A stretch of DNA of 64,000 bases, from positions 5,504,001-5,568,000 of the forward strand of contig OZ245838.1 of assembly GCA_965228735.1 (NCBI GenBank), in the 5' to 3' direction. Below, one piece after another: positions 27,658-37,934 of the stretch (position 1 is its first letter; each line of letters begins with the position of its first letter). The DNA comes from Planctomycetota bacterium. GTDB taxonomy: Bacteria; Planctomycetota; UBA1135; UBA2386. The notes under the pieces were generated by a model that was not told where the DNA came from, did no database searches, and worked only from the letters and a program-made list of their open reading frames with translations. Both the position numbers and the translations under genes were made by a program.

Positions 27658-28527
27658 TCAATCGAGCTCGAGACCGCGCTCTTCCTCTTCGGTGATGCCT
27701 TCGCCGAACGAGTTGCCGAGGTAGACCCGGCGGACCTGTTCGTCCGCGACGACGGTCGCCGAGTCGCCCTCGGCGATCACCGTGCCCTGGTTGATGATGT
27801 AGGCGCGGTGGGTGATGCGCAGCGTCGCGATCACGTTGTGCTCCGTGATCAGGATCGCGATGCCCGAGCGGGCGAGCGCCGCGAGGATCTGCTGGATCTC
27901 CTCGACGGTGATCGGGTCGACGCCGGCGAACGGCTCGTCCAGCAGCAGCAGCGACGGGTCCGTCGCCAGCGCGCGCGCGATCTCGAGCCGGCGCTTCTCG
28001 CCGCCCGACATCGTCTCCGCGATGGAGTCGGCGACGTGCATCAGCTGCAGCTCGTGCAGCAGTTCACGGGAACGTTCTTCGCGATCGCGTCGCCGCATTC
28101 CGCGGGCCTCGAGCACTGCCCGCACGTTGTCGAGTGCCGACATCCGCCGGAACACCGACTCCTGCTGCGCGAGGTAGCCGAGCCCCGAGCGGGCGCGGCG
28201 ATACATCGGCTGGCTCGTGACGTCGGAGTCGTTGAGCCAGACGCGCCCGTCATCGGGCGTGACCATGCCGACGACCATGCGGAACGTGGTCGTCTTGCCC
28301 GCGCCGTTCGGCCCGAGCAGGCCCACGATCTCGCCGGCGTGCACCGTGATGCTCACGTGGTCGACGACCCGCCGACCGCGATACGCCTTCACGAGGCCGT
28401 CGGTCCGCAGGATCTGTTCGCCGTCGGGCGCCGCGGTCTGCGCGAGCGCGCGTTCGTCGCCGGTCGTCGCGAGCGCGAGTTCGTCCGCGTCGTCAACAGC
28501 GTCCCGGTTCTTGCGTTTGCCGCTCAC
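27658..28527 (-). CDS. lptB: LPS export ABC transporter ATP-binding protein
   Basis: GLLGPNGAGKTT, PMYRRAR.GLGYL, SGGEKRRLEIARAL and LLDEPFAGVDP. A GTGA overlap couples it to lepB. Confidence 0.92.
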   Translation of the reverse strand: MSGKRKNRDAVDDADELALATTGDERALAQTAAPDGEQILRTDGLVKAYRGRRVVDHVSITVHAGEIVGLLGPNGAGKTTTFRMVVGMVTPDDGRVWLNDSDVTSQPMYRRARSGLGYLAQQESVFRRMSALDNVRAVLEARGMRRRDREERSRELLHELQLMHVADSIAETMSGGEKRRLEIARALATDPSLLLLDEPFAGVDPITVEEIQQILAALARSGIAILITEHNVIATLRITHRAYIINQGTVIAEGDSATVVADEQVRRVYLGNSFGEGITEEEERGLELD

Positions 28528-30164
28528 CGCACCGTACCGAAGCGATCGGGCCAGTTCTCGCCGAGCAGCCAGGAGAACGGGCGGACGGGGTAGAACACCA
28601 TGAGCGCGCGGCCCTGGATGTCGGCGCGCGGCACGAACGACACGCCGCGCGTGTTGGTCGTGTCCTCGGCCTGCCATTCCGTGCCGTCGTCGCTCCGGAA
28701 GATGACCTGGCCGCCGTCGGCCCAGCCGTCCGCGGCCTGCCCCTCGAGGCGCAGGATCTCGCCGTACTCGTCGATCATGACGATCGCGTTCTCGGACGGG
28801 ATCGGGATCGGCGTCTCGTCGCGGTCGGGCGGGTTCTGCAGGTTCATCGCGCGCTTGTTGCCGCGCACGCGGCGCGCGCCCGGGGTGTCCGGCGGCACGA
28901 TGCGGCCGTCGTCGGTGACGCCGACCGTGATCGCCGTCCAGCCACGCGAGTCGATCGACTGCAGCGTGTTGTCGCCCATCATGTAGTAGTGGCCCTCGGG
29001 CACCTTGATGAGCTCGGGCGCCTGATAGCGCGTGTAGTGCAGGTCGCGTTCGAGCACGAGGTCACGGATCGTGAGCATGCCCTCGCCGCTGCACGAGATC
29101 TCCGGCACGACCTTCTGGTCGGACGTGAAGCGCCAGTCGTTGAACGAACCCTGCGCGGCGCAGCCCTCGCGGCAGTCGAACTGCTCGCAGTCGATGCGCT
29201 GCACTTCGCTGCCGTCGACCCACGCGATCATCCGGTCGTCGACGTGGGCGAACGCGAGCCGCACGGGGTCGCCGCCGAGCGCGACGTCGAACGCCTCGGA
29301 CTCGAGCAGCACCTTGTCGCTCTTGTCCTGCACGACGAGCCTGCCCTGCTTGCCGGTGACGATCAGCGCGAACGTGAGCTGCTCATGCCCCTTGCGACTG
29401 ACGTGGAACGCGAGCGCCAGCTCGTCGACGTTGCCGCCCGCGAACGTCGCCGCCAATCGCCCGTCGGGCACGATCTCCGGCGGCTGCATCGCGACGGTCT
29501 TCTCGCGGATCGCCTGGGCGACCGCGGTCGGGTAGCCGTCCCAGTCGTGATCGATGAAGCCGGTGAGCTGGCCCTGCTGGGCCTGCTCCACGAAGCGCAG
29601 CAGGTTGGGGCGGTTGCCTCGCAGTTCGGTCGTGAACTCCTCGCCCTGCTCCTCGAAAGCCTTGCTGGGTGAACTGCGCCAGGTCTTGCCGAGCGCTTCG
29701 CTCTCGTTCCGCACGAGTCGCCGCGCCGGGTAGACCTCCTTCCAGAGATCCTCCTGCAGATCGTCGGGCTTGCGCAGCGGAGTGTAGGTGCGCTGGCCGT
29801 CCGCCTCGGAGACCTGGTAGACATTGCCGCCCGCGATGTGCAGCCAGTCGCCCGGCATGCCGACGATGCGCTTGACGTAGTTCTGGTTCTTCTGCAGCGG
29901 GTACTTGAAGACGGTGATGTCCCAGCGCTGCGGCTCGCGGAACGTCTGCAGCAGCTTGTTCACGAGGATGCGGTCGAACACCTTCGACGCCTGATCGCCC
30001 ATGAGCGTCGGCTGCATCGACGACGTCGGGATCTGGTACGCCTCGATGCAGAACCACTTGAGCAGCACGGCCGCGAGGATCGCGACGCCGAACGCTTCGA
30101 GGTTGGTGCGGATCGGCCCCATGGTCGGGACCTTCTTCTTCTTGTCGCCGGAGTTCGCAGCCAT
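28524..30164 (-). CDS. lepB: signal peptidase I with a large internal insertion
   Basis: EAYQIPTSSMQPTL (catalytic Ser), NYVKRIVGMPGD (catalytic Lys) and YYMMGDNTLQSIDSR. Confidence 0.92.
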   Translation of the reverse strand: MAANSGDKKKKVPTMGPIRTNLEAFGVAILAAVLLKWFCIEAYQIPTSSMQPTLMGDQASKVFDRILVNKLLQTFREPQRWDITVFKYPLQKNQNYVKRIVGMPGDWLHIAGGNVYQVSEADGQRTYTPLRKPDDLQEDLWKEVYPARRLVRNESEALGKTWRSSPSKAFEEQGEEFTTELRGNRPNLLRFVEQAQQGQLTGFIDHDWDGYPTAVAQAIREKTVAMQPPEIVPDGRLAATFAGGNVDELALAFHVSRKGHEQLTFALIVTGKQGRLVVQDKSDKVLLESEAFDVALGGDPVRLAFAHVDDRMIAWVDGSEVQRIDCEQFDCREGCAAQGSFNDWRFTSDQKVVPEISCSGEGMLTIRDLVLERDLHYTRYQAPELIKVPEGHYYMMGDNTLQSIDSRGWTAITVGVTDDGRIVPPDTPGARRVRGNKRAMNLQNPPDRDETPIPIPSENAIVMIDEYGEILRLEGQAADGWADGGQVIFRSDDGTEWQAEDTTNTRGVSFVPRADIQGRALMVFYPVRPFSWLLGENWPDRFGTVR

Positions 30165-30253
30165 GTCGGTGCGCGCAGGTTAGCGGCTCGCCACGGCCGG
30201 AAGGAAGGGGCGGCCGGGGCGGGGAGGCGGACTGGTCGAGACTCCAGCCGACA

Positions 30254-31198
30254 TCAGCCCCCGATCACCGCCCGGCCGGCGTTGCTCGCCGTGAGGCCGA
30301 GCGTGTTCGCAGCCGGATCGAGGCAGTAGTACTGATTCACGAGCTGCAGGCCGACGAGGCCGGGGTTGGCGGGGAACGTGGCCGGCACGACCGCCGTGCC
30401 GCTCGGGCCGACGGTCGTGAACGTGTTGACGAGTTGTTCGGCGAGGACCTGGCAGCCCGGTGCACCGAAGCCGCCGAGGTCGAACGGCAGGGTTTGTTGC
30501 CCGGACATCGAATCCGAGAAGCCGAACGTCAGGATCGCGAGCGCGCCGCTCGGCACGTCGCTGAGGTGCAGGTCGAACGAGCTGCCCGTGAGCGGCATGC
30601 CCGACCAGCACAGCCGCGGGATGCCGGCCGAGCCGACGCAGCCCTGGCCGTAGATCTCGTAGTGGCCGGCCGCGCCGGTCCAGATGCGGAACTTCCATTG
30701 CCGCGACGAGAACGGTCCGTTCCAGCTCGCGCCGCCGTTGAAGCTGCCGCGATACTCCTGCGCGCCCGGGCCGATGTTCGCGGCCGAAGCCTGCGCGCCG
30801 TTCTGCGGTCCCCACACGACCCAGAACGTCTGCCCCTGCAGGAGAACGACGGGCGTCGTCAGCAGCGCGCCCTGCCAGCCGTTGCGCGTGCACATCTGCC
30901 AGCTGCCGTCGCCGAGCGACGTGCTGGGCGCGTTCGCCGCGGCGTCGTGGTCCCAGAGCGCGATCGTGTTGAGGCCGGTCCGTTCGCCCGTGAAGATCTC
31001 GACGCGCGTCGCGACACCCGTGACCGGCATCTGCGTCTTGATCGCGAACAGCAGGTTGGGGCCGCCCATGCTCACGTTGTCGGCGTAGGTCGGGTTGTCG
31101 AACGCCGAGTGGATCGTGACCACCTGGGCCGTTGCGAGTTCGATCGGCGCGAGGGCGGCGCTGGCGAAGATGGAGAACGTGGCGATCGTGCGGAGCAT
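30254..31198 (-). CDS. secreted protein with the recurrent C-terminal domain
   Basis: Signal peptide ending TAQ. C-terminal YGQGC...LPFDLGGFGAPGC...PANPGLVGLQLVNQYYCLDPAANTLG...SNAGRAVIGG. Confidence 0.85.
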   Translation of the reverse strand: MLRTIATFSIFASAALAPIELATAQVVTIHSAFDNPTYADNVSMGGPNLLFAIKTQMPVTGVATRVEIFTGERTGLNTIALWDHDAAANAPSTSLGDGSWQMCTRNGWQGALLTTPVVLLQGQTFWVVWGPQNGAQASAANIGPGAQEYRGSFNGGASWNGPFSSRQWKFRIWTGAAGHYEIYGQGCVGSAGIPRLCWSGMPLTGSSFDLHLSDVPSGALAILTFGFSDSMSGQQTLPFDLGGFGAPGCQVLAEQLVNTFTTVGPSGTAVVPATFPANPGLVGLQLVNQYYCLDPAANTLGLTASNAGRAVIGG

Positions 31199-31360
31199 GG
31201 CTGATGACTGGCGGCGGGTGGCTGGTGGCTGGCGGTCGATGGCAGGTCGCTGGGGGCCGCCGAGTGTATCCGCGGCCCGAGACGGTGATGTCGCGACCGT
31301 GTCCCGGGGCCGATCCGGGAGCGGATGGGGCCGTCCACCGTTATCCTCGTCATGATGAGG

Positions 31361-33190
31361 ATGACGGTGTCGAAGGAGTGGCTCGTCGCGCTGGTCGCCC
31401 TGGTTGCGGTGCTCTGGACCGGCGGGTCGGTCGTCGCGCAGGCCGAGCCCGCCGCGCCGGCCGAATCCGCCGGGAGCGCGACCGTTGTCGTCTACGGCCC
31501 GCTGATGGAGCCCGTTCCGAACGCGCGAGTCGTCGTGAAGACCGACTTCGACGAGGTCGTGCGCGAAGGCAAGACGGACGCGAACGGAGTCTTCGCGGTC
31601 GAGAAGCTGCCCGCGGGGTCGCTCTACGTGCACGCGAGCGCGCCGGACATGACGACGAGCGCCGCGGCCCTCGTGCCGTCGGTCGACCCGAGTTACCCCT
31701 CGCACGTCGACATCCGGCTGTATCCGGGCGCGGTCGTTCGTGGCCGCGTCGTCGACGCGGCCGGCGACGGGATCGGCGGCGCCGAGGTGATCGCCGGCGC
31801 CGACTATCTCGCCTACCAGATCTCACGGCGGCGGCCGCCCACGGTCGTCGCCGACAAGGACGGCTACTTCGAGCTCACGGGTGTGCCGCTCGGTGAGGTC
31901 GTCGTGCGGGCTTCCGCTGCCGGGTACTCGTTCGGCGAGTCCGCGCTCTACGTGCGCGAGGATGCCGAGGCCACGGTGATGTTGCGCGCCGGGCCGGGGC
32001 GCAAGGTCGTCGTCGAGGTCAAGGGCGTGCCAGCCGAACGGCTGGCGCAGCTGCATTGCACGTGGACGGTTCGCGGCGAGGGTTATCAGGGGTTGCTCGT
32101 GCCCGAGCGGTTGCGCGGCGGCTCGTTCGACAAGGACGGGCGCTGCGTCATCGAGGGGCTGCCGCCGGCCGCCAAGCTGTCGATGATCCAGGTCCCGGCG
32201 CGCGGCATCACGTTCGAACCCGGATACCACGAAGTGCCCGCTGGCGTGGCCGGCACCGTGGCCTTCGAGGTGAAGTCCATTGCCGCTCCCCCGCAGGATG
32301 GCGGCGCTGCCGCCGACGCTCCGGCGCCCGACGCGCCGCCCGCGCCGGTCGGGAAGACGACGTTGCGTGGCACCGTCGTCGACCCCGACGGCCGGCCGGC
32401 CCCGGGCGTGCGCATCCGGATCCACTGTTTCCGGACCGGCGCGCACGAATGCATCACGAGGGCGGACGGCACGTTCTCGACGACGGCCGCGTTCAAGACC
32501 GACGACTACATCTCGTTCAGCGTGAGCGGCGGCGCGTGGGTGCTCGATCACAACGAGCGCTACGACGGCTCGACGTCGGACTCCGTGTCGTTGGATTACG
32601 TCGAGGGCAAGGAGTATCGCTTCTCGCTGCAGCGGACGGCGCGCGTCGCCGGCCGGGTCGAGGCGTCGAAGGGCACCGACGTCGGCGGGCTGAAGGTGAC
32701 GCTGAGTCGGGCCGATGGCTACGGCACCGTCGGCAGCGCGTTCACCGACAAGGACGGCGCGTTCGTGATCGTCGGGTTCCGTCCGACGCGCGATGCGCTC
32801 CGCGTCAGCGTGAGCGACCTGCGCGGCACGGCGACGATCGAGCGCCTCAAGACCAAGGGCAAGCTCGAGGTCGACGGCGTGCGGCTGCGGCTGCAGGAGC
32901 CGTTCGAGGTCCGCGGCACGATTCGCGACCGGCGCAAGAAGCCGGTGGTCGGCGCGCGCGTGGAGCTCTTCGAGTGGGACGACACGGTGAAGGAGAAGGA
33001 GCCGGACGGCACGTTCACGATCACCGACAAGGAGGGGCGCTTCGTCTACCGCGGCGTGGAGCCGGGCGAGTACGCGCTGCGCGCGCGCGTCGAAGGCCTG
33101 GAATACGTGGTCGTTTCCAAGCCGTTCGAAGTCGGGAAGCGCCGGGTCGTGGAGCAGAAGCTGCGGATCCGCGCCGGGCGCAAGCGCTGA
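31361..33190 (+). CDS. secreted protein with carboxypeptidase-regulatory-like (transthyretin-like) repeats
   Basis: Signal peptide and repeated RGRVVD..G..I.GA.V....TD..G.F units. Confidence 0.82.
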   Translation: MTVSKEWLVALVALVAVLWTGGSVVAQAEPAAPAESAGSATVVVYGPLMEPVPNARVVVKTDFDEVVREGKTDANGVFAVEKLPAGSLYVHASAPDMTTSAAALVPSVDPSYPSHVDIRLYPGAVVRGRVVDAAGDGIGGAEVIAGADYLAYQISRRRPPTVVADKDGYFELTGVPLGEVVVRASAAGYSFGESALYVREDAEATVMLRAGPGRKVVVEVKGVPAERLAQLHCTWTVRGEGYQGLLVPERLRGGSFDKDGRCVIEGLPPAAKLSMIQVPARGITFEPGYHEVPAGVAGTVAFEVKSIAAPPQDGGAAADAPAPDAPPAPVGKTTLRGTVVDPDGRPAPGVRIRIHCFRTGAHECITRADGTFSTTAAFKTDDYISFSVSGGAWVLDHNERYDGSTSDSVSLDYVEGKEYRFSLQRTARVAGRVEASKGTDVGGLKVTLSRADGYGTVGSAFTDKDGAFVIVGFRPTRDALRVSVSDLRGTATIERLKTKGKLEVDGVRLRLQEPFEVRGTIRDRRKKPVVGARVELFEWDDTVKEKEPDGTFTITDKEGRFVYRGVEPGEYALRARVEGLEYVVVSKPFEVGKRRVVEQKLRIRAGRKR

Positions 33191-33254
33191 GGTCGTTCGA
33201 GACTCCGGCGGGACGCTCTTGCCAGGCACGCGTCGGACCGGTAGCTACGGCGCG

Positions 33255-33836
33255 ATGAAGAGTCTTCGGTGGGTGATGTTCCTCTCTCTGGTCGGGCTGT
33301 CGGTCGCGCTGGCCGGTTGCCGTTCGGCGCGCGGTCCCGTCGAGGGTGTGCCCGCGGTCGGGACGGTGCTCTACAGCAACGTCGGCATGCACTTCGACGC
33401 GCACCGCGGCAGCAACCGCGCGTATTCGACGAACCACATCGAGCTCGCGACGTTCAAGCCGGCCGGGACCCGGTTCGAGCTCGTCGAGCAGAACCGGAAG
33501 TACCTCACGCTGCGCGACGAGGACGGCACCGACTTTCATCTGTATTGGGTGCAGAAGCACTCGCGCATGCCGATGGGCGAGTGGGTCGACCGGCAGTTCT
33601 CGACCGCGCCGATGGAGCTGCCCGCGGAGCTGTCGGAGATGGAGCGCGCAGCGATCGCGGCCGGCAAGGTCGAGCCGGGGATGTCGCGCACGGCCGTGAC
33701 GCTCGCGGTCGGCTACCCGCCAGCGAGCCTCACGCCGAACCTCGACGCTGACACGTGGGTGTACGAGGCGCGGAGGTTCGTCAGTCGGCGCGTGACGTTC
33801 GACGCGGAAGACCGGGTTTCGTCCTACGGGCGCTGA
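33255..33836 (+). CDS. lipoprotein with a C-terminal SmpA/OmlA (BamE)-like domain
   Basis: Lipobox LAGC and GMSRTAVTLAVGYP...DTWVY...VTFD..RV. Confidence 0.7.
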   Translation: MKSLRWVMFLSLVGLSVALAGCRSARGPVEGVPAVGTVLYSNVGMHFDAHRGSNRAYSTNHIELATFKPAGTRFELVEQNRKYLTLRDEDGTDFHLYWVQKHSRMPMGEWVDRQFSTAPMELPAELSEMERAAIAAGKVEPGMSRTAVTLAVGYPPASLTPNLDADTWVYEARRFVSRRVTFDAEDRVSSYGR

Positions 33837-33851
33837 TCGGCGCCCGCGCCA

Positions 33852-34862
33852 TCACGCAGCGTCGCTGCCCGGGTCGCCGAGCCGGCCGAGGTTGCCGAAA
33901 TAGCTGCGCGCGAGATCGCCGAGCGGGCCGCGCAGGTCGAACAGGAGGCGCTTGTTGATCTCGAACAGCGGGTTGCCGTTCACCGACTCCTCGCGTTCTT
34001 CGAACAGCGACCAGCGGCGCATCAGCGCGCGGCCGGCGTCCGTCGTGCCCTCGGCGTAGATCGTCGGCATGTCCGCGGCCGTGCGGATCGGGACGCCGTC
34101 GAGGTGGTGCAGCAGGTGCAACAGGGCCTGCGCGCAGATGCCGAGCGTCGCCTGCTTGTTGCGGCGGAGGTTCTCGACGATGCCGACGGCCTGGACGTAG
34201 AGGCCGAACTTCGCGAGTTCGCCGTTGCGGCCAGCCTCGATCAGCTGGTCGTGGCTGGCGAGCTCGGCGCTGTTCCACTGGAACTGGCTCTCGGTGCGCT
34301 CCTCGGCGTAGCGGTGGAACGAGTTGGGCATCAGGGGCACCACCACCGTGCTGCCGCACGGGACGGTGTCGCCGGCGGCGGCGAACGGGGTCCACAACGC
34401 GAACACGTCGGGGTTGCCGGCGAAGAGGTCGCCGTAGTACTCGCGTCGGGTGCGCGCGAACTCGGCCGGGCCGTCGTCGCCGAAGAAGTAGGTGCCGAGG
34501 ACGCGCGTGAGGTCGAGCTCATCGCTCGTCGCGAAGTGGGCGACCGCGCTCGGGGCCGTCGCGAGCTGGCGGATCGCGGTGAGGAGCTGACCGAACTCGG
34601 CGTCGTGCGCGAGCGGCAGGTCACGGCGCGACAGGCGGCGTGCGATCACCATGCAGACCTTGGTGATCGTCGCGCCGCCGGGCACGAGGTCCTTGAGGAT
34701 CGCGCCGGGCACGCTGCGCTCGAGGGAGCGGGCGAGTTCCCGAAGGCCAACGACGCGCGCGGTGCGCGCGATGATGCGGCGGGCTTTCCGCGCCGCGCGG
34801 CGCGCGCGGCGGCGGGACAGCCCGAGCACGGAGGGAGAGAGTTCGGAGGGGGTCAGACGCAT
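33852..34862 (-). CDS. hypothetical protein with a possible GNAT-like fold
   Basis: NPDVF...GSTVVVPL...LYVQAVGI...IYAEGTTDAGRALMRR. The start is uncertain. Confidence 0.6.
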   Translation of the reverse strand: MRLTPSELSPSVLGLSRRRARRAARKARRIIARTARVVGLRELARSLERSVPGAILKDLVPGGATITKVCMVIARRLSRRDLPLAHDAEFGQLLTAIRQLATAPSAVAHFATSDELDLTRVLGTYFFGDDGPAEFARTRREYYGDLFAGNPDVFALWTPFAAAGDTVPCGSTVVVPLMPNSFHRYAEERTESQFQWNSAELASHDQLIEAGRNGELAKFGLYVQAVGIVENLRRNKQATLGICAQALLHLLHHLDGVPIRTAADMPTIYAEGTTDAGRALMRRWSLFEEREESVNGNPLFEINKRLLFDLRGPLGDLARSYFGNLGRLGDPGSDAA

Positions 34863-34935
34863 GACGTTGTCGCGGGGCAGTGATCGCGGGGTCATCCTGG
34901 ACGCGCGCGTTCGTCATGCGGTTCCGCAGTCTCGA

Positions 34936-34976
34936 TTGTACAAGGGCGCGACTCGTTGCGTTGCCGTTGTACAACG
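34936..34976. promoter_or_regulatory. two TTGTACAA palindromes (putative operators) between divergent genes
   Basis: TTGTACAA at 34936-34943 and CGTTGTACAACG at 34965-34976. The cores are 31 bp apart and AT-rich for this genome. Confidence 0.55.
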
Positions 34977-35000
34977 CGTGGTGCATTCGCGTGACGCAGA

Positions 35001-36164
35001 GTGGCGACTGGCCGGCACGGCGGTTGCGTTACCATCCCGCCATGCCCGACGTGCCCCCTGCCGGTCAGCCGCTGCCGCCCGATTTCGTCGATCGCGATCG
35101 TCACCCGGTCGGAAGACTCCTACGAAGACGATCAACTCGGAAAGCTGCAGGATCTCATCGATCGGATCCGGCAGCAGCGGTCGTCGTTCTTCAACCTCGC
35201 GGAGCTCTATCCGACGGTCAACGCGCCGTCGTACCGCACCGTCATCTCCGGGCTCAACGGCCTGTTGAAGCGCACGCGGTGGTCCGACCCGAAAGGCGAG
35301 CTGTACCTGCGCCTGTACGAACTCACCGAGCGCGATGCCAAGGGCAACACCTACGTCGTGCTCGTGATGCGTCAGGGCGAGCACTACAAGGCGCGGCAGT
35401 TCGACCGGGAGGCCGGGCGGCTCGTGCGGACGCGCCAGCCTCACCGCGGCGCGCTGCCAGGGCCGGCGGCGGAGACGCCGGCACTGATCCTTCGCCTGAA
35501 GCGCGACTACGACGCGGGCGCGGCCTTCCTGCTCGCCGCGAAGTGCTATATCGACGGTTGGACCAACACGTTCGAGCAGCCGCAGTTCGTCGAGCCCTAC
35601 CTGCCCCCGAGCGAGCCGGCGGCGGACCAGGCGGTCCGGAAGCTCAAGGGCGACGGGCTCGGCGACTGCTTCGTCCTGAAGGAGGGGCAGCATGTCGTGG
35701 GGTATTCGTCCCTGTGGTGCCTCGACCCGAACGCGCCGTTGATCTTCGACCGTGACGGCAACGTGCCCAAGTCCGTGCTCACGGATCCCGACCCAGGGGT
35801 CTTCGACGGCTACGTGAGCGGGCTGCGCCTGATGCCGCCGTATCAGCAGCAGACGGATCTTCTGTTCGCGGCGCTCGAGAAGTCGGTCGTGGCCTACGAG
35901 TCGAAAGGGGTCGTCTTCCGAAGGATCCTCGTCCGCGCGCACCACGAGTCGGTCGAGATCATGACGCGCCGGGTTCGCAACGCGGACCACGAGGATGACC
36001 TCGAACGGCAGATCGACAGCGATTCGCCGGTGCATCAGGTGACGCTGCTGCCGTGGGGGATTCGCGACGACGCCCGTCACTTCGGAACCCTGCGCGAGGT
36101 CTACCGCAAGCACCAGCGGCGCGGCGGTGACGCGGGCCCGCAGGAACGCGCGACCGAGGCGTAG
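35001..36164 (+). CDS. hypothetical protein with a possible C-terminal GNAT-like fold
   Basis: CFVLKEGQHVVGYSSLW...GYVSGLRLMPPYQQ...RRILVRA. The true start is uncertain. Confidence 0.6.
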   Translation: MATGRHGGCVTIPPCPTCPLPVSRCRPISSIAIVTRSEDSYEDDQLGKLQDLIDRIRQQRSSFFNLAELYPTVNAPSYRTVISGLNGLLKRTRWSDPKGELYLRLYELTERDAKGNTYVVLVMRQGEHYKARQFDREAGRLVRTRQPHRGALPGPAAETPALILRLKRDYDAGAAFLLAAKCYIDGWTNTFEQPQFVEPYLPPSEPAADQAVRKLKGDGLGDCFVLKEGQHVVGYSSLWCLDPNAPLIFDRDGNVPKSVLTDPDPGVFDGYVSGLRLMPPYQQQTDLLFAALEKSVVAYESKGVVFRRILVRAHHESVEIMTRRVRNADHEDDLERQIDSDSPVHQVTLLPWGIRDDARHFGTLREVYRKHQRRGGDAGPQERATEA

Positions 36165-36244
36165 TCAGGCTCTGGCCGGGTAGTGCTGGCGCCGGACGCG
36201 GACTTCTGATCCGAACTTCAGACCCACAGCACTGGCAGCCGCGG

Positions 36245-37789
36245 TCACTCGCAGAAGGGGACCCGGAACGCGCGGCTCATCGCGACTCCGCCCGGTGCCG
36301 CCGGGTCGAGGACGAATGCCTGGGAGACCAGCGTGAGGCCGGCGTAGGCGGTCGACGCGGGAATCGGCAGCGCGACGTCGACGCTGCCGTCGCCGTTCAC
36401 GCCGGCCGTGCCGCCGAGCGGGACGAACGGGGTCGCGACGACGAGCGCGGGGTCGACCCACACCAGACCGCCCGCGATCGGGAGGCCGGTCGCGCTCGCG
36501 CCGAAACCGATCGCGAGGCCCGCGGGTGCGGCGCCGAGCCCGGCCGTGATCGCGAAGCGCCAGTTGGCGTTGCCGAGCGTCGGGAACGTGCGCATGCCGA
36601 GCTCGGGCGCGATGCCGCCGCTCCCGGGGGTCGCGGTGCCGATCGCGGTCGCGGGTGGACAGTTGCGGACCGCGACGTAGAGGCTGCTGTGGTTCTGGGT
36701 CGTGCGGCCGACGGCGATCCGGCCGTGGTCGGCGAACGCGAGCTCGATCGGCCCGGTCGTGCCGCCCGTGAGCGTGAGCACGCCGCCGGCTGCCAGCGCC
36801 CCGGTGCCCGTCCACGTCGCCGGTGTCGAGTTCGTGCTCTGCACCGTCGTCTCCACCCGTTGGCCGGTGACTGCGAACAGCGCGGCCGCCTGTGACGCCA
36901 CGTTGACGTCGAGCTGACCGACCTCCGTGCGGCTGCGCGGTCCGGCCGGGCTCAGCACGTGGGCGTGCGAGGTCATGCGGTAGGACCCGTCGACATCGTT
37001 CAGTCCGTAGGACGCGCCGACCCGCACGCCGATCGTGAGCCCGACCTCGTTCTGCGCTCCAGGCGTGAACGCGACGCAGAACAGATCGCCGGCAGCCGAC
37101 ATCGCGCCGGGCTGACCCATGATCGTGATCGCGCCGTCGGGGGCGACGGTGTACGGATGCGTCGCGGTCGCGGGCAGCGACGACACGAGCCCGGTGCTCT
37201 GCCAGTAGTTGAACGTCGCGGTCGCGATGACCGTGCCCTGGCCGTCGAAGGTCCAGATGCCGTAGTCGGTGGCCGTGTCGTAGCCCGCCGCACCGTTCTG
37301 CAGCGTGAACTGACTGTAGACGTGATACGCCCCCGTGAGCGTTGCCGCGCTCTGCCCCGACGAGGCTTCGATCGCGATCATGCTGAACGCCTCGGAGTCG
37401 ACCTCGTACCGCGCCGCGTGCAGGACGCTGGCGGTCGGATCGATCTGCAGCTCGATGAGGTCGACCGCCGGCGTCGGATCCCAGTCGAGCTCGAGGACGC
37501 CGCGCGGTGAGACGTAGTAGTCGGCGCCGACGGGCAGGCTCGGCAGGAACGTCGTACCGTTGCCGTCGACCTGCCACACGTCGAGCGCGCCCGTCATCGT
37601 CCCGGTGGGGGCGAACGTGAACGTGCCCTGCCGCACCTCGGATCGGACGAGGCCAGTGCCCTGCTCGATGCGCAGCCCGTGACCCATCACGTGGTGGGAC
37701 GTCTGCAGCGTGAGCACGCTCGGACCCTGAGCCGCGGTAGTCGCGGCCAGCAGGGTCAGGGAGAACGGGTTCACTCGGGCGCTGCGCAT
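36245..37789 (-). CDS. secreted beta-rich protein with the recurrent C-terminal domain
   Basis: Signal peptide and about three internal beta repeats (G.Y...). C-terminal FPTLGNA...IPASTAYAGLTLVSQAFVLDP...MSRAFRV. Confidence 0.8.
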   Translation of the reverse strand: MRSARVNPFSLTLLAATTAAQGPSVLTLQTSHHVMGHGLRIEQGTGLVRSEVRQGTFTFAPTGTMTGALDVWQVDGNGTTFLPSLPVGADYYVSPRGVLELDWDPTPAVDLIELQIDPTASVLHAARYEVDSEAFSMIAIEASSGQSAATLTGAYHVYSQFTLQNGAAGYDTATDYGIWTFDGQGTVIATATFNYWQSTGLVSSLPATATHPYTVAPDGAITIMGQPGAMSAAGDLFCVAFTPGAQNEVGLTIGVRVGASYGLNDVDGSYRMTSHAHVLSPAGPRSRTEVGQLDVNVASQAAALFAVTGQRVETTVQSTNSTPATWTGTGALAAGGVLTLTGGTTGPIELAFADHGRIAVGRTTQNHSSLYVAVRNCPPATAIGTATPGSGGIAPELGMRTFPTLGNANWRFAITAGLGAAPAGLAIGFGASATGLPIAGGLVWVDPALVVATPFVPLGGTAGVNGDGSVDVALPIPASTAYAGLTLVSQAFVLDPAAPGGVAMSRAFRVPFCE

Positions 37790-37934
37790 GGCGGCGCAGC
37801 ATAGCGCCACCGATCACGCGACGGTCGGTGGCCGGCGGGCGATCCGTTTGCGGGCTTCGTCGAACCGGCGATTCTCCCGGGTGAATCGCCGCCTTGCGGA
37901 AGAGTACGAGCGCGCGGGACGGGGTTCGCGGCGC

